Shown here piece by piece: positions 45,499 to 56,399 of a stretch of DNA of 63,724 bases. The notes beneath the pieces are model-generated. The model worked only from the letters and a program-made list of their open reading frames with translations. It was not told where the DNA came from and ran no database searches. The position numbers and the translations under genes were made by a program. Positions within the stretch are counted from its first letter, which is position 1, and each line of letters begins with the position of its first letter. Source of the DNA: Bacteroidota bacterium (GTDB lineage: Bacteria; Bacteroidota; Ignavibacteria; Kapaibacteriales; DASPKH01); the NCBI GenBank assembly GCA_040386315.1, contig JAZKFS010000030.1:13135-76858 (forward strand), read 5' to 3'.

Positions 45499-47424
45499 AT
45501 GTCAAAAGTAATTGGAATTGACTTGGGAACGACGAACTCGTGCGTTTCGGTAATGGAAGGCTCACAGCCAGTCGTTATCGCAAACTCCGAAGGCGGGCGC
45601 ACAACGCCGTCTATCGTTGCCTTCACAAAAAGCGGTGAGCGTATCGTAGGCCAGGCGGCAAAACGCCAGGCAATCACAAATCCGAAAAACACGGTGTATT
45701 CAATCAAACGCTTCATGGGCCGCAAGCTCGCTGAAGTGGGCGATGAGACGAAGATGGTTCCGTATAAAGTGGTGCCGTCGGAAGATGGAAATGCAATTCG
45801 TGTGGACGCTGAAGGCCGCATGTATTCTGCGCCGGAAATCTCTGCGATGATTCTTCAGAAAATGAAGCAGACGGCGGAAGATTATTTGGGGCAAAAAGTA
45901 ACGGACGCGGTTATTACTGTTCCGGCGTATTTTAATGACGCTCAGCGCCAGGCAACAAAAGATGCGGGTGAAATCGCAGGACTGAATGTTCGCCGTATCA
46001 TCAACGAGCCGACAGCGGCTGCGCTTGCGTATGGAATGGACAAGAAAGGCCAGAATATGACGATCGCTGTGTATGACCTTGGTGGCGGTACATTTGATAT
46101 TTCGGTTCTGGAAATCGGCGAAGGCGTTTTTGAAGTAAAATCAACAAACGGTGATACGCACCTTGGCGGTGATAACTTTGACCAGCGTTTGATTGAATAT
46201 CTTGCTGATGAATTTAATAAACTGGAAGGAATTGACCTTCGCAAAGACCCGATGGCGCTTCAGCGTTTGCGCGAAGCTGCTGAAAAAGCGAAAATGGAGC
46301 TTTCGCAAATGCTCCAGACGGATGTTAATCTTCCGTTCGTAACAGCAACCGCTGACGGCCCGAAACACTTGAATGTAAACCTGACACGCGCGAAATTTGA
46401 AAGCTTGTGCGCTGACCTTTTTGAAGGTACTTTAAAGCCGGTTGAGCAGGCGATTCGTGATGCGAAAATTACTCCGGCGGAAATTGATGAAGTGATTTTG
46501 GTTGGTGGTTCGACGCGTATTCCGAAAATTCAGGAATTAGTGAAAAAGTACTTCGGAAAGGAGCCGTCAAAAGGCGTAAATCCTGATGAAGTTGTTGCTA
46601 TTGGCGCAGCAATTCAGGGTGGCGTATTAACCGGTGAAGTAAACGACGTTCTTCTTCTTGACGTGACACCGCTTACGCTTGGTATCGAAACGCTTGGTGG
46701 CGTGATGACGCCGATGATTCCGTCAAATACGACAATCCCGACAAAGAAAACAGAAACATACTCGACAGCAAGCGACAGCCAGACGTCGGTAGAAATCCAT
46801 GTGCTCCAGGGCGAACGCTCGATGGCGCGTGATAACCGCTCGCTTGGTAAATTCCACCTTGACGGAATTCCACCTGCTCCGCGCGGCGTGCCTCAGGTAG
46901 AAGTTACGTTCGACATTGATGCAAATGGTATTTTGTCCGTGAGCGCGAAAGATAAAGCGTCCGGCAAAGAGCAGAATATCCGCATCACATCAAGCGGTGG
47001 CTTGGCTAAAGAAGAAGTTGAGCGCATGAAACGCGAGGCGCAAGACCACGCAAGCGAAGACAAAAAGCGCAAAGAGGAAATTGACCTGCGCAATCAGGCC
47101 GACAACCTTATCCACTCAACCGACAAGCAGTTGAAAGACCTTGGCGACAAAATGGACGACGCGACAAAAACAAAAATCGAAGAAGCGAAAACCCGTCTCC
47201 AGGACGCTATGAACAACAATGCAGCCGACCTCAGCCCGGCAATGGACAACCTGAACCAGATCTGGAGCGAAGCATCAACCGCAATGTACCAGAATGCAAG
47301 CGCAGGAGCAGCACAACCGGGAGCAGAAGGTGCAGCAGGCGAAGGCCAGCCAAACGCAGGCGGAAACGCCAACAGCGGCGCGGAAGAAGCTGAATACACG
47401 GTAGTAGATGACGACAAAAAATAA
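45499..47424 (+). CDS. dnaK: molecular chaperone DnaK (Hsp70)
   Basis: 641 aa. Contains [30 protein letters not shown] and the EEVD-like acidic tail. Confidence 0.98.
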   Translation: MSKVIGIDLGTTNSCVSVMEGSQPVVIANSEGGRTTPSIVAFTKSGERIVGQAAKRQAITNPKNTVYSIKRFMGRKLAEVGDETKMVPYKVVPSEDGNAIRVDAEGRMYSAPEISAMILQKMKQTAEDYLGQKVTDAVITVPAYFNDAQRQATKDAGEIAGLNVRRIINEPTAAALAYGMDKKGQNMTIAVYDLGGGTFDISVLEIGEGVFEVKSTNGDTHLGGDNFDQRLIEYLADEFNKLEGIDLRKDPMALQRLREAAEKAKMELSQMLQTDVNLPFVTATADGPKHLNVNLTRAKFESLCADLFEGTLKPVEQAIRDAKITPAEIDEVILVGGSTRIPKIQELVKKYFGKEPSKGVNPDEVVAIGAAIQGGVLTGEVNDVLLLDVTPLTLGIETLGGVMTPMIPSNTTIPTKKTETYSTASDSQTSVEIHVLQGERSMARDNRSLGKFHLDGIPPAPRGVPQVEVTFDIDANGILSVSAKDKASGKEQNIRITSSGGLAKEEVERMKREAQDHASEDKKRKEEIDLRNQADNLIHSTDKQLKDLGDKMDDATKTKIEEAKTRLQDAMNNNAADLSPAMDNLNQIWSEASTAMYQNASAGAAQPGAEGAAGEGQPNAGGNANSGAEEAEYTVVDDDKK

Positions 47425-47460
47425 TCTTTTAAAACGATAAAATTTTTAAAAGTTTTTAAA

Positions 47461-47490
47461 AGCGTTCTGAGAAATCAGGACGCTTTTTTT
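47461..47490 (+). terminator. intrinsic terminator after dnaK
   Basis: AGCGTTCTGA-GAAA-TCAGGACGCT followed by TTTTTTT. Confidence 0.75.
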
Positions 47491-47597
47491 GTTTTTAAAA
47501 GATTTTAAAAGAAATTCTCACGATTTTTAAAAACATTTCTCTAAATTGTGTGTTATGCAAAAGATGATGTTTAAAAAAGACTTTTTAAAAGGATTTC

Positions 47598-48512
47598 ATG
47601 AATGATAATACTGTTTCCCGCGATTCATATTTTGAGCTGAGCGAGCATAATGCGACGCAGTTTATGTTGTTTTTTATTATTGCTCTTACTGCTGCTGCCT
47701 TCTTTTTTATATCAGGTGTGCTTCCTGCGATGTCTGCATTTTTTAAAAGCTTCATGCAGGCAACTATTACCAAGACTTCGCAGTATTTTGGCTGGTCAAT
47801 TCTGGCATTCCCTGATACAGCTGCTGAAACAGAGTATTGGTTCAATCCGCTTCTGGCGCTTTTTCCGCTGATCTTCGCGGTTGGGATGATAGCGGGCGTC
47901 TATCTTACAGCACTCCTTCCGCAAAAGATCGGCTTTATGCGGAGGAAAATAGAACGTGAAATTATTAATTTCCTCGACAGGATTTCCCGCATTAAATATG
48001 GCGAGCACACAGAGAGCGAGCTTCGTGAAATTGTTGATGAGATCCTTACCGCCGACGTTCGCCAGCTTCACGATTATGCAGAAGATTACGGCGTTTCCTT
48101 TGAGGAATTAGATATTCTCCGCGATGCTTTAAAATGGCGCGAAGGAAGTCTTGTTTACAAAATTCTTCATATCCAGGATGCAATCCAGTTTTACCTGCGC
48201 GTGTATTATACGTTACAATACGGCAATGCAATTCTTGGTTGGGTGTATGTAGGTGCGGCAGTGCTGATCATTATTATCGGTATTCGCGGGTTAAAATTCA
48301 TTCCTGCTTCGGCCCCATCCATTATTCTTTTTGCGCTGTCGCTGGAATTCGTGATGCTTATGTTTTACGCTATCACGGTAATTTACTCAAAGCAGGACGA
48401 CATGCCGGACAATCAACCCAAAATGCAAAATGCACAACAGCCGGTTTCTGCTCTTGGCAATGCAGCCGAAGTGGAAAATCTTTTAAAAGTTTTCATTGCA
48501 AAGAAAAGATAA
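47598..48512 (+). CDS. hypothetical integral membrane protein
   Basis: 304 aa. Two N-terminal and two C-terminal hydrophobic segments flank a charged helical region. No family recognised. Confidence 0.6.
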   Translation: MNDNTVSRDSYFELSEHNATQFMLFFIIALTAAAFFFISGVLPAMSAFFKSFMQATITKTSQYFGWSILAFPDTAAETEYWFNPLLALFPLIFAVGMIAGVYLTALLPQKIGFMRRKIEREIINFLDRISRIKYGEHTESELREIVDEILTADVRQLHDYAEDYGVSFEELDILRDALKWREGSLVYKILHIQDAIQFYLRVYYTLQYGNAILGWVYVGAAVLIIIIGIRGLKFIPASAPSIILFALSLEFVMLMFYAITVIYSKQDDMPDNQPKMQNAQQPVSALGNAAEVENLLKVFIAKKR

Positions 48513-48525
48513 GTTTTAAAAATAT

Positions 48526-50589
48526 ATGCCTCAAATTTTTGAACATCAGCCGATTGTCGCACGAACTGAACAGCTCGGGACTTTACGTGCTCAGCTGCAA
48601 CTTTTAAAAAGCAAAAAAGGCAGCGTAATCTGCATTGCGGGCGAATCCGCTTTTGGCAAAACAACGCTTTTACGGGCATTTGCCGGAGAAGCAAGCCGCG
48701 ATACGGAAATCAACGTCATTTACGCAGAATGCCAGGCGCCTGTCGGGGCATTTAATCTTGGAAATTTACAGCCATTTCTGCCATTTGCGCGAGCTTTGGA
48801 GGAACTGCTCAGCCATGAAAGCACGACGGCAAAAAAGAAACTCGCACTCAATATCGGCATGACTGTTCTCTCGACGATCCCACTTGCGGGCGACCTTTTT
48901 TACGCTTTTAAAGAAATTTCGCGTGATGTGAAAGATTTTAAAAAAGACAAATCTTTTAAAAGCACAAACCCTGCTGTGCGCGAATATTTTGACGCTTTTA
49001 AAAACTATTCTGACAGTATGCCGCTTGTGCTGCTGCTCGATGATATGCAGTGGAGCGATGCACAATCTGTCGAGCTGCTTAAAGCTCTTGCTGCGGAAAT
49101 TACCAATCTGCCAATCATGCTTGTCGTGGCATATCGTCCGAGCCTGGTGGAAAAAACGGGAATTCCACTCGCCGGATTTTTACAGGATTTTAAAAAAGAC
49201 ACAGCTTTTATTAAACACCTTGAAGTGTCGGAATTTTCTTTAAAAGATATTTCCGACTGCTGCCGCGCGCTTTTAAAAAATTACAAACCAAATCAGAAAT
49301 TTGAAGAATGGCTGCTCGTGCGCTCGGGTGGCGTTCCCGGAATTGTTGTGGAATATCTGCGCTATTTCCAAAAATTCTCGCCGTTTCGCGCTGATGGAAG
49401 TTTTAATGAAGAGAATTTTAAAGATGAATTCCTTCCGGCAAGTGTGTCAGCGGCTTTTGAAAAACAGCTTGAGGAATTGAGTGAAGAAGACCGTACGATC
49501 CTTGCCATTGCCAGCGCGGAAGGAATTGAAAGTACGGCTTTTGTGATGGCCGACCTGCTTAATACAGATGTTTTGACTACAATCAAAAAGCTACGTTCAA
49601 TTACCCAGCGAACCGGGATCCTGCGTTCGATGGGCGCTCATGCGCGCTACGGAGTACGAACCACGGTGTATCAGTTTACAAAAACATTTTACTACACGCA
49701 CTTTGAAAACACGCTGGAATACGAAGAAAAACTCGCACTCCACGCACAGATCGCTGCGCTTTTAAATCGCCAGTTCGAGCAGACGGATTCCGAGGAATTG
49801 CGCCGCCAGCTCGCGCCATACATCGCCGCGCACAGTTCTGAAGCCGGCGATGATGAATTAACAAAAGAGATGCTTTTAAAAAGTGCTGAAACGGCAGAAA
49901 AAGTCGGCAGCCGCGAAATGGCAGAAACCGCTTTTAAAGAATTCCAAAGCCGCGAAATTGAAACGGAGATAAAGTCAGATTTGCAGGAAAAGTTTGAAAA
50001 AATCCTTGCTGATGAGGAAATTTCAGACGAAACTCCTGACGAAAATCTTTTAAAAACATCCGGCGGCGAAGCGGTTGTAAAAGCTCCGTTCGACTTCCAG
50101 ATGGCGTGGCATGAAATTGTGCAATATCACCTCAACGGCGACTTTAAAAACGCAGAAACAAAAGCGCTCGACTACAGCGAACGTTTTAAAATGCAATTAT
50201 TAACAAGTGAACGCGCGCTCTTTTTAATTCTCGCAGCCCGCGCCGCCACAGAGCTTTCCGAGCTTGACCGCGCGGAAGATCTTTGTATGCAAGCGTCAGC
50301 GCTCACGAGCGATGCCGCTGATATTTCCACAGAATGTTTGCTTTTAAACGCGTTCGCAGCGATTCGTTTACGGCAAAATCAATTTGACGAAGCGCATAAC
50401 TTCCTGCTTAAAGCTGCCGAGCAATCTTTAAAACTCCCACAGGAAATGCGTCTGCTGACAATCAGCAATATTGCATTGCTGCTTGAAGACCGCGATCCGG
50501 CACAAGCCGCCAAATATCGCAGCGCCGCAACAAAAATGAGTACGAGCTTGCGTTTCAACGGATTTGCGCGGGAAGCGCTTTCGGCGTAA
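48526..50589 (+). CDS. STAND-like P-loop NTPase (AAA_16-type) with C-terminal TPR-like helical repeats
   Basis: 687 aa. Walker A GESAFGKTT and Walker B LVLLLDDMQWSD (the typical AAA_16 DD.QW.D motif). The C-terminal half is helical-repeat. Starts 13 nt after the membrane protein gene. Confidence 0.75.
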   Translation: MPQIFEHQPIVARTEQLGTLRAQLQLLKSKKGSVICIAGESAFGKTTLLRAFAGEASRDTEINVIYAECQAPVGAFNLGNLQPFLPFARALEELLSHESTTAKKKLALNIGMTVLSTIPLAGDLFYAFKEISRDVKDFKKDKSFKSTNPAVREYFDAFKNYSDSMPLVLLLDDMQWSDAQSVELLKALAAEITNLPIMLVVAYRPSLVEKTGIPLAGFLQDFKKDTAFIKHLEVSEFSLKDISDCCRALLKNYKPNQKFEEWLLVRSGGVPGIVVEYLRYFQKFSPFRADGSFNEENFKDEFLPASVSAAFEKQLEELSEEDRTILAIASAEGIESTAFVMADLLNTDVLTTIKKLRSITQRTGILRSMGAHARYGVRTTVYQFTKTFYYTHFENTLEYEEKLALHAQIAALLNRQFEQTDSEELRRQLAPYIAAHSSEAGDDELTKEMLLKSAETAEKVGSREMAETAFKEFQSREIETEIKSDLQEKFEKILADEEISDETPDENLLKTSGGEAVVKAPFDFQMAWHEIVQYHLNGDFKNAETKALDYSERFKMQLLTSERALFLILAARAATELSELDRAEDLCMQASALTSDAADISTECLLLNAFAAIRLRQNQFDEAHNFLLKAAEQSLKLPQEMRLLTISNIALLLEDRDPAQAAKYRSAATKMSTSLRFNGFAREALSA

Positions 50590-50590
50590 A

Positions 50591-51988
50591 TTATAATTTA
50601 ACATTTTGCTGGATATGCTCTAAAATATTATTTGCCGCTACATTGGCAATTTGAGCACACTCTTCATTTGTTAATGTTTCATAATAGAACTTTTTAAAAG
50701 CAAAATTATTAACTGTTTCCGCATTACTTAGGATTACATTTTTGCTGTTTACTACACCAAATTTATAATCGCCGAACCAGACTGAAATCGATTGTGTAAC
50801 ATCAAAGTTGTTGTCAATTTCTCGATTAAACATTCTTAGAAAATAACTTAGAGAAATATAACCACCATTTTTTAAGAATATAGAAGCGTTATCTTTTAAA
50901 AATGTAAAAATCTCTAATGTTGAAATTGAGTTTAATCTTATAGCGTCATTTGTGTTAGAACTCTTCTTTATCGCTATGGCTATATTCTTTTCAAAAAAGA
51001 GCTCATCGAAATGGCTTAGCTTTTGTATTGTCGTTTTAAAAAGTGGTATTACTGAATTTTCAACCACGTGAAGAATCGCCTCTTCTGATCGCCGCGTATG
51101 TTTAATTCCTTCCTCCGGCTTCTTCAGCTTTGCTTTAAAAAGCGCAATCTTCTTATCAACTTCATCTAAATCTTCTATATTCTCGCCGTATGCGCCTTTT
51201 AAAAAGAGTTCAAGCGAGCGGATGAGCTGTTCGCCGAGGTAGATTACAAAGCTATCTAAATCACCTATGTTTGCCTGCTGTAATGCGCGTAGGTAATTTA
51301 CTTTGTCCTCGGTATGGATTATAGCCGGTAAAAAGTTGTTCATCATCAGGATAAGATTCATCAGTAATCTGGCAATACGACCATTGCCATCATCAAACGG
51401 ATGAATCATAATGAATCTATAATGAAAGGTCGCAGCCAGTGTAAGAGGATGGATTTCCTTTTTTAAAAGCTCGTTCCGTAACCATTCTATAAGTTCCTGC
51501 ATTTTCGGTGCAGTATCTTCAGGGCTTGTAAAGTCAATCTGCTCACCCGTTGTTGTCGTTACATAATTTGGTTGGGATTTATATCGTCCTGGATAAATTG
51601 TACGATGTGTATTTTTCCCATCCGGTGTGAAAGCCTCATCGTTATATGGCTCTATTCCAAAAATCATTTGATGAAGTTGTCTGATTACTAATTCTGATAT
51701 TGGCTTATTATTGCTTACAATATCCTCAAGTTCCAAAATAGCTTCATTATGACCTCTAATTTCCAAATGGTCGCGAAATGGTTTGCCGCCAGCCGTCAAA
51801 CCATGAAGGAGGAAAGCTTTCGTTTCGCCGTATGTAAGGGAATTTCCCTCAATGTTACTTGAGTGATAGCTCCAGTCAAACCTGAATTTGCGGTTAATTC
51901 TATTGAGAATATCCGGCGAAATCGGGCGGAGTTCATCTATCTGTGTTTTTAAAAAATCGATCCGCTCAATTATTTCTACGACGTCCAT
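50591..51988 (-). CDS. Fic-family protein (AMPylase-type) with N-terminal inhibitory motif and unassigned C-terminal extension
   Basis: The Fic motif is HPFDDGNGRIARLLMN. An upstream SNIEGN fits the (S/T)xxxE(G/N) auto-inhibition motif. The about 170-aa C-terminal region is unknown. Start taken at ATG 51988. Confidence 0.85.
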   Translation of the reverse strand: MDVVEIIERIDFLKTQIDELRPISPDILNRINRKFRFDWSYHSSNIEGNSLTYGETKAFLLHGLTAGGKPFRDHLEIRGHNEAILELEDIVSNNKPISELVIRQLHQMIFGIEPYNDEAFTPDGKNTHRTIYPGRYKSQPNYVTTTTGEQIDFTSPEDTAPKMQELIEWLRNELLKKEIHPLTLAATFHYRFIMIHPFDDGNGRIARLLMNLILMMNNFLPAIIHTEDKVNYLRALQQANIGDLDSFVIYLGEQLIRSLELFLKGAYGENIEDLDEVDKKIALFKAKLKKPEEGIKHTRRSEEAILHVVENSVIPLFKTTIQKLSHFDELFFEKNIAIAIKKSSNTNDAIRLNSISTLEIFTFLKDNASIFLKNGGYISLSYFLRMFNREIDNNFDVTQSISVWFGDYKFGVVNSKNVILSNAETVNNFAFKKFYYETLTNEECAQIANVAANNILEHIQQNVKL

Positions 51989-52087
51989 TGCAAAAACCTC
52001 TGTAAATTTGCTTTTAAAAAGCAGGAATGCCACAAGCAAGTGGTATATTGCAAATATAAACGGTTTGCACTCATTATTCAGAAATTC

Positions 52088-52828
52088 ATGTCACTCATCC
52101 GCGAATACATTTCCTCCGGCGAAGAGCTTTTTAAAAAACGCAGCTACGTTCCGCTTTTGCTACTTCCGCTTGTCATTATCGTTATGGTTTTCAGCGATGA
52201 TTATCCGCAAAATTTCGCACAAAGTTTCGGCTGGAAAATATTTGGGCTGTTCGTCGGATTGTGCGGAATGGCATACCGCGCGTGGGTCATTGGGCAGGTT
52301 CCGGCGGGAACGTCAGGCCGCAATACGCACGGACAAGTCGCGGAAGTTTTAAATACGACTGGGCCGTATTCTGTTGTACGTCATCCTCTGTATGTGGGGA
52401 ATTTTATTATCATTCTGGGTATCGTTCTGTGGGCGGGCGTCTGGTGGCTGACGCTGCTGTATTGCCTGCTTTTCTGGGTGTATTACGAGCGGATCATGAT
52501 GGCGGAGGAGAATTTTATTCACGGGAAATTCGGTCGTGATTTTGAAGAATGGTCGGCGCGCGTTCCGGCATTTATGCCGAGCTTTAAAAACTATGTCCCG
52601 TCAAAATTAGAGTTTTCTTTTAAAAATGTTCTACGCCGTGAATATTCGGGTTTGATCAATCTTGTGCTGTCATTTTTCATTTTAGAGCGCGCGCATGATT
52701 TGATTTTTAAAAAAGAATTTCCGCTTTTTGATTTCTGGATGAATCTGCTTTTGGCGACGCTGATCTTCACGCTTTTCCTGCGCTTTTTAAAAAAGAAAAC
52801 GGAAGTTTTGTACGTGGAAGGCCGTTGA
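52088..52828 (+). CDS. isoprenylcysteine carboxyl / phospholipid methyltransferase-family membrane protein
   Basis: Multiple TM segments. GPYSVVRHPLYVGNFIIILG is the ICMT/PEMT family signature. Start at ATG 52088. Confidence 0.75.
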   Translation: MSLIREYISSGEELFKKRSYVPLLLLPLVIIVMVFSDDYPQNFAQSFGWKIFGLFVGLCGMAYRAWVIGQVPAGTSGRNTHGQVAEVLNTTGPYSVVRHPLYVGNFIIILGIVLWAGVWWLTLLYCLLFWVYYERIMMAEENFIHGKFGRDFEEWSARVPAFMPSFKNYVPSKLEFSFKNVLRREYSGLINLVLSFFILERAHDLIFKKEFPLFDFWMNLLLATLIFTLFLRFLKKKTEVLYVEGR

Positions 52829-52903
52829 AATTTCAGAACTTAATTTTTTCTTCTGCGTAATTATTTTTAAAACTCTTTTTTTAAACTATTCTTTTAAAAA
52901 TCT

Positions 52904-54310
52904 ATGCAGATTTCTCCTTTTTTAAAAAGCTCTTTTAAAAGCATAATTCTCTGTGCGATACTTTGTACAACAGCTTCCGCAAAGGAAATTGACACGCTTC
53001 TGGCTGACCAATTGCAAACAACGCTCGAAGTGCAGCAGGCGAAATACAAACTTGTCGGCGCGGCCGCGGCGGTAATTATTCCCGGCAAAGGAACGTGGAA
53101 AGGCGAAACGGGAAGTTCTGCGCAAGGGCAAAAACTCAGCAGCAATATGCTTTTCGGCGTTGGCTCGGTGACGAAAACGTACACAGCAGCGGTGATTCAC
53201 CAGCTTGCGGAAGAAGGGAAATTATTGCTGAATGATTCGCTTTTTACATTCCTCCCGGCGTTTGAAAATATTGATACTACCATCCAGATTCGCCAGCTTT
53301 TAAACCACACGAGCGGTATTTTTAATTATACGAATCATCCTGACTGGGCGCCGTCCGTCAATTCCGATCTGTATAAAATTTGGCAACCGGAGGAAATCGC
53401 TGCAACATTTGTAAATAAACCTGATTTTAAAAAAGGTGCGGGCTGGAAATATTCCAACACGAATTATTTGCTGCTTGGTATGATAATTCAGAATGTTACG
53501 GGAAATAAAGTTTCGGCGGAAATCCGTGAGCGGCTTTTAAAACCGAATCAACTTTTCAATACATATTTCGATATTGAAGAAAAAGTGCCGCAAGCGCAGA
53601 TCGCACATAACTGGACGGATATTACGGGCGACGGCGTTCGCGATGATGCCACCCATATTCCGCGCGAGGCGCTCAACAGCATGGCGTGGGCTGCGGGAAC
53701 CATCATGGCAACACCGGAAGACATTGCGCTTTGGGCGCAGCATCTTTTTAAAGGAAATGTTTTAAAGCCGGAATCTCTGACTGAGATGCTGAAATTCCGT
53801 TCGCTATCGCTTGGCGCTACGACGGGCTGGGGACTTGGCGTTTCACGGCAAAGCGCGAATGGAAAGATTTATTACGGTCATGGCGGAAAAACATTTGGCT
53901 ATGCGGCAGATATGGAATATTCACCGTCGGACAGCGTGAGCGTGGGTGTTGTTATTAACCAGGATGCAGACGCCGAGCCAGTTGCGCTGGAGCTTTTAAA
54001 AACCGTAAAAGCTTCTCTGGCAACGAGTGTTGCTGAAGATGAGGTTTTAAAAAATGGTTCACTTTCCTGTACGCCACAGGTTTCCTCCGGCATTATGCGT
54101 ATCAACTATGTGCTTGAAAAACCTGCCAATGTGCAGCTTTCGTTCTACAACGCACAAGGGCGTGAAGTGATGCCGCTTTTAAAAAGCTGGCAGGATGCAG
54201 GCAGTCACGAGGAATTCAGCAATGTGGCGAATCTGCCTCAAGGCGTATACTTCATGCGGCTGATAGCTGACGGAAAAGCACAAACCTTCCCAATTTCTGT
54301 TGTGAAATAA
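52904..54310 (+). CDS. serine hydrolase (class C beta-lactamase / DD-peptidase family) with T9SS C-terminal sorting domain
   Basis: 468 aa with a signal peptide. SxxK is present as GSVTKTY, with YSNTNY and HGG motifs. The C-terminal about 80 aa (...GVYFMRLIADGKAQTFPISVVK) is a T9SS CTD. Confidence 0.85.
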   Translation: MQISPFLKSSFKSIILCAILCTTASAKEIDTLLADQLQTTLEVQQAKYKLVGAAAAVIIPGKGTWKGETGSSAQGQKLSSNMLFGVGSVTKTYTAAVIHQLAEEGKLLLNDSLFTFLPAFENIDTTIQIRQLLNHTSGIFNYTNHPDWAPSVNSDLYKIWQPEEIAATFVNKPDFKKGAGWKYSNTNYLLLGMIIQNVTGNKVSAEIRERLLKPNQLFNTYFDIEEKVPQAQIAHNWTDITGDGVRDDATHIPREALNSMAWAAGTIMATPEDIALWAQHLFKGNVLKPESLTEMLKFRSLSLGATTGWGLGVSRQSANGKIYYGHGGKTFGYAADMEYSPSDSVSVGVVINQDADAEPVALELLKTVKASLATSVAEDEVLKNGSLSCTPQVSSGIMRINYVLEKPANVQLSFYNAQGREVMPLLKSWQDAGSHEEFSNVANLPQGVYFMRLIADGKAQTFPISVVK

Positions 54311-54336
54311 TTTTATAAAACCTTTTTAAAAGATAG

Positions 54337-54567
54337 ATGAATTCTGATAAATTGCGCGCTGTAGCAATGCCGTTTTTAATGCTCGGCTTGGCTGCGATAG
54401 CGTTCGGATTTAATACAAAAAATGATATATTCTTATACACAGGAATAGCCGGAATTGCAGGCGGGCTCGCGTTTTTAAAAGCTAGCGTATGGAAAAAGCC
54501 GAAAGGAAGCCGGTCCTGGCGGCGCACGGAAGAGGATTTAAAAAATTCTGCATCATCGCAGGAGTAA
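54337..54567 (+). CDS. small hypothetical membrane protein
   Basis: 76 aa, with two hydrophobic segments followed by a basic tail. Confidence 0.45.
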   Translation: MNSDKLRAVAMPFLMLGLAAIAFGFNTKNDIFLYTGIAGIAGGLAFLKASVWKKPKGSRSWRRTEEDLKNSASSQE

Positions 54568-54576
54568 ATTGAAAAA

Positions 54577-54610
54577 AGGCAACTGTTTTAAAACGGTTGC
54601 CTTTACCTTT
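54577..54610. terminator. bidirectional hairpin terminator
   Basis: AGGCAAC (54577-54583) pairs with GTTGCCT (54596-54602) with TTTTAAAA in the loop. Lies between convergent genes. Confidence 0.65.
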
Positions 54611-54670
54611 TAAGTATCGAAAATTTAACTGAATAAAAATTTTTTTAAAAAGTTTTTAAAAGTCAAAGTC

Positions 54671-55114
54671 TCACCTTATTTTTAAAACATGCGTCACAAA
54701 TTCATCACCCGCAACTTTATCAAAACCCAGACTTTTATAAAAGGCAAACGCGCCCGGATTATCTGTTTTTAAAACAATCGTGTCAAAATTCTCACGCGCA
54801 TTTTTGATAATTTCCTCCGTCAGTTTTCGTGCAATTCCCATCCGGCGATATTCTTTTAAAACGTACATCCGCCGTAGCCGCGCTACATTTTCGCCCCAAT
54901 AATCATAGCGGTTCAGCCCGCACACTCCAACAACTTTTTCGCCAATTTTCGCAAGCAAAAGTATTTCGCCCCGCTTGTCAAAACGGTTTTTGCCGATTTG
55001 AAAATCGTCCCAAAGGCGCTGCATGTGGCGGAAATTTTCGGCGGTGCTGGTGGTGATGAGTTCGGCGATATCTGCGTAGGAAAACTCTGTAACCTTATAG
55101 AGTGAAATATCCAT
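54671..55114 (-). CDS. GNAT-family N-acetyltransferase
   Basis: 147 aa. Contains RRMGIARKLT and a YKSLGF motif. Confidence 0.85.
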   Translation of the reverse strand: MDISLYKVTEFSYADIAELITTSTAENFRHMQRLWDDFQIGKNRFDKRGEILLLAKIGEKVVGVCGLNRYDYWGENVARLRRMYVLKEYRRMGIARKLTEEIIKNARENFDTIVLKTDNPGAFAFYKSLGFDKVAGDEFVTHVLKIR

Positions 55115-55209
55115 CTTTTTATAGAAATGTAAAAGAGAAAAATACTAAATTTTAAAAGAATACTTTTAGTTTTGTAGCGAAACTCGTAGTTTTAAAAGAA
55201 AAATACTTT

Positions 55210-55785
55210 ATGCAAATTTTTAAGAACATTCTTCTTTTTATTACCCTTGCAATAGCTTCGCTATCATGCGATTCATACACAGATCCGCTTAGCACAAGGG
55301 CGCCGACGCTTATTCTCACGGAAGAGCCAACTGTAACAGGCATTTGGATGAGTGACGTTGTAGGTAATTCTCTTGGCGCTTGGGGCAATCCAGCTATACC
55401 AGATACTTCAGACGAATATAGCCGCGTATACGGAACGCCAAATCCGGTTCTTGAGGCAATGACATTTTCTTTCATGCTACCTAAGCAATCGAATACTCGC
55501 GTGTTCATTGTGCGGGCACATCTTGCGGGCACGCAGGAGATAAATTCTGTTGGCGGCGCTGTAATGGCAGAATCGAAAGATATAATTGTTCGCACATTCC
55601 CTCCGGGAACCCGACCGGCAGGTGAATTTAGCTTCACTTGGGACGGAATGGATGACGACGGACGCCGCTTGCCGACGGGCTTTTACAGGATTTATGTCGT
55701 CACGCAGCAGCGCGTAATGTTCTTTGACATTTATTTTGCCAATAGCCGCGAAGAATTCCTACCGGGAATGCCGGGCAAAAATTAG
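55210..55785 (+). CDS. lipoprotein with FlgD-Ig-like (FlgD_ig-type) C-terminal domain
   Basis: 191 aa with lipobox LSC. FSFTWDGMDDDGRRLPTGFYRIYVV matches the W.G.D..G..l..G.Y pattern. Confidence 0.6.
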   Translation: MQIFKNILLFITLAIASLSCDSYTDPLSTRAPTLILTEEPTVTGIWMSDVVGNSLGAWGNPAIPDTSDEYSRVYGTPNPVLEAMTFSFMLPKQSNTRVFIVRAHLAGTQEINSVGGAVMAESKDIIVRTFPPGTRPAGEFSFTWDGMDDDGRRLPTGFYRIYVVTQQRVMFFDIYFANSREEFLPGMPGKN

Positions 55786-55802
55786 ATCTAAAATATTATA
55801 TA

Positions 55803-56363
55803 ATGAAAAAATACAGAGTTTTTCTTGTCTTTCTCTTTTTTTGCGGAATATCATGCTCTACACCATCTGAGCCTTCTGATCCGGAACGGCTTACATTTTC
55901 TCTTTCGGAAATTCCTGTCATTAAGGGATTTTATCGGACTGATGCCGCCGGACATATATTAGGATATATCGGGCAACCTCCGGAAAAGCAGGAATTTCCT
56001 GATGGTGTCAATCTCATTATTGTGCCTAACTATGGTGCAAATGTTTTTCACACTGAATTTGCTCTTCCTTTTTCAGGAAGAGTCCTCATTGTCGTAGCGA
56101 AAGCCAGCTTCATGGGGTATGAACAGAATACATCCGTTGGCGGGGCTGCTGTTTTAGGTTCACAAAAGATAATTGTCCGCACATTACTTAATCAGCGGCT
56201 TGAAGCAGGGATATTTACTGTCGAATGGGATGGTAAAGATGACGATGGATATAAACTTGCCTCCGGCTTTTACAGAATATACTACGTCACAAAAGATTTT
56301 ACTGTCTGGGGCGATACTTTTTACGCAAAAAACCCCGGTGATAAGCCACCTTTTATACCATAA
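55803..56363 (+). CDS. lipoprotein with FlgD-Ig-like domain, tandem paralogue of 55210-55785
   Basis: 186 aa with lipobox ISC. FTVEWDGKDDDGYKLASGFYRIYYV. It shares IIVRT and SVGGAxxxxSxxIIVRT blocks with its neighbour. Confidence 0.6.
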   Translation: MKKYRVFLVFLFFCGISCSTPSEPSDPERLTFSLSEIPVIKGFYRTDAAGHILGYIGQPPEKQEFPDGVNLIIVPNYGANVFHTEFALPFSGRVLIVVAKASFMGYEQNTSVGGAAVLGSQKIIVRTLLNQRLEAGIFTVEWDGKDDDGYKLASGFYRIYYVTKDFTVWGDTFYAKNPGDKPPFIP

Positions 56364-56399
56364 AGCAATTTATTTTTAAAACATATCAATAACAAAAAC

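Noticed and set aside
55152-55637. A 161-aa minus-strand ORF overlapping the first FlgD-Ig-like lipoprotein gene.
   Set aside because: The plus-strand ORF has a lipobox and a tandem paralogue downstream with shared blocks. The antisense ORF has no support.
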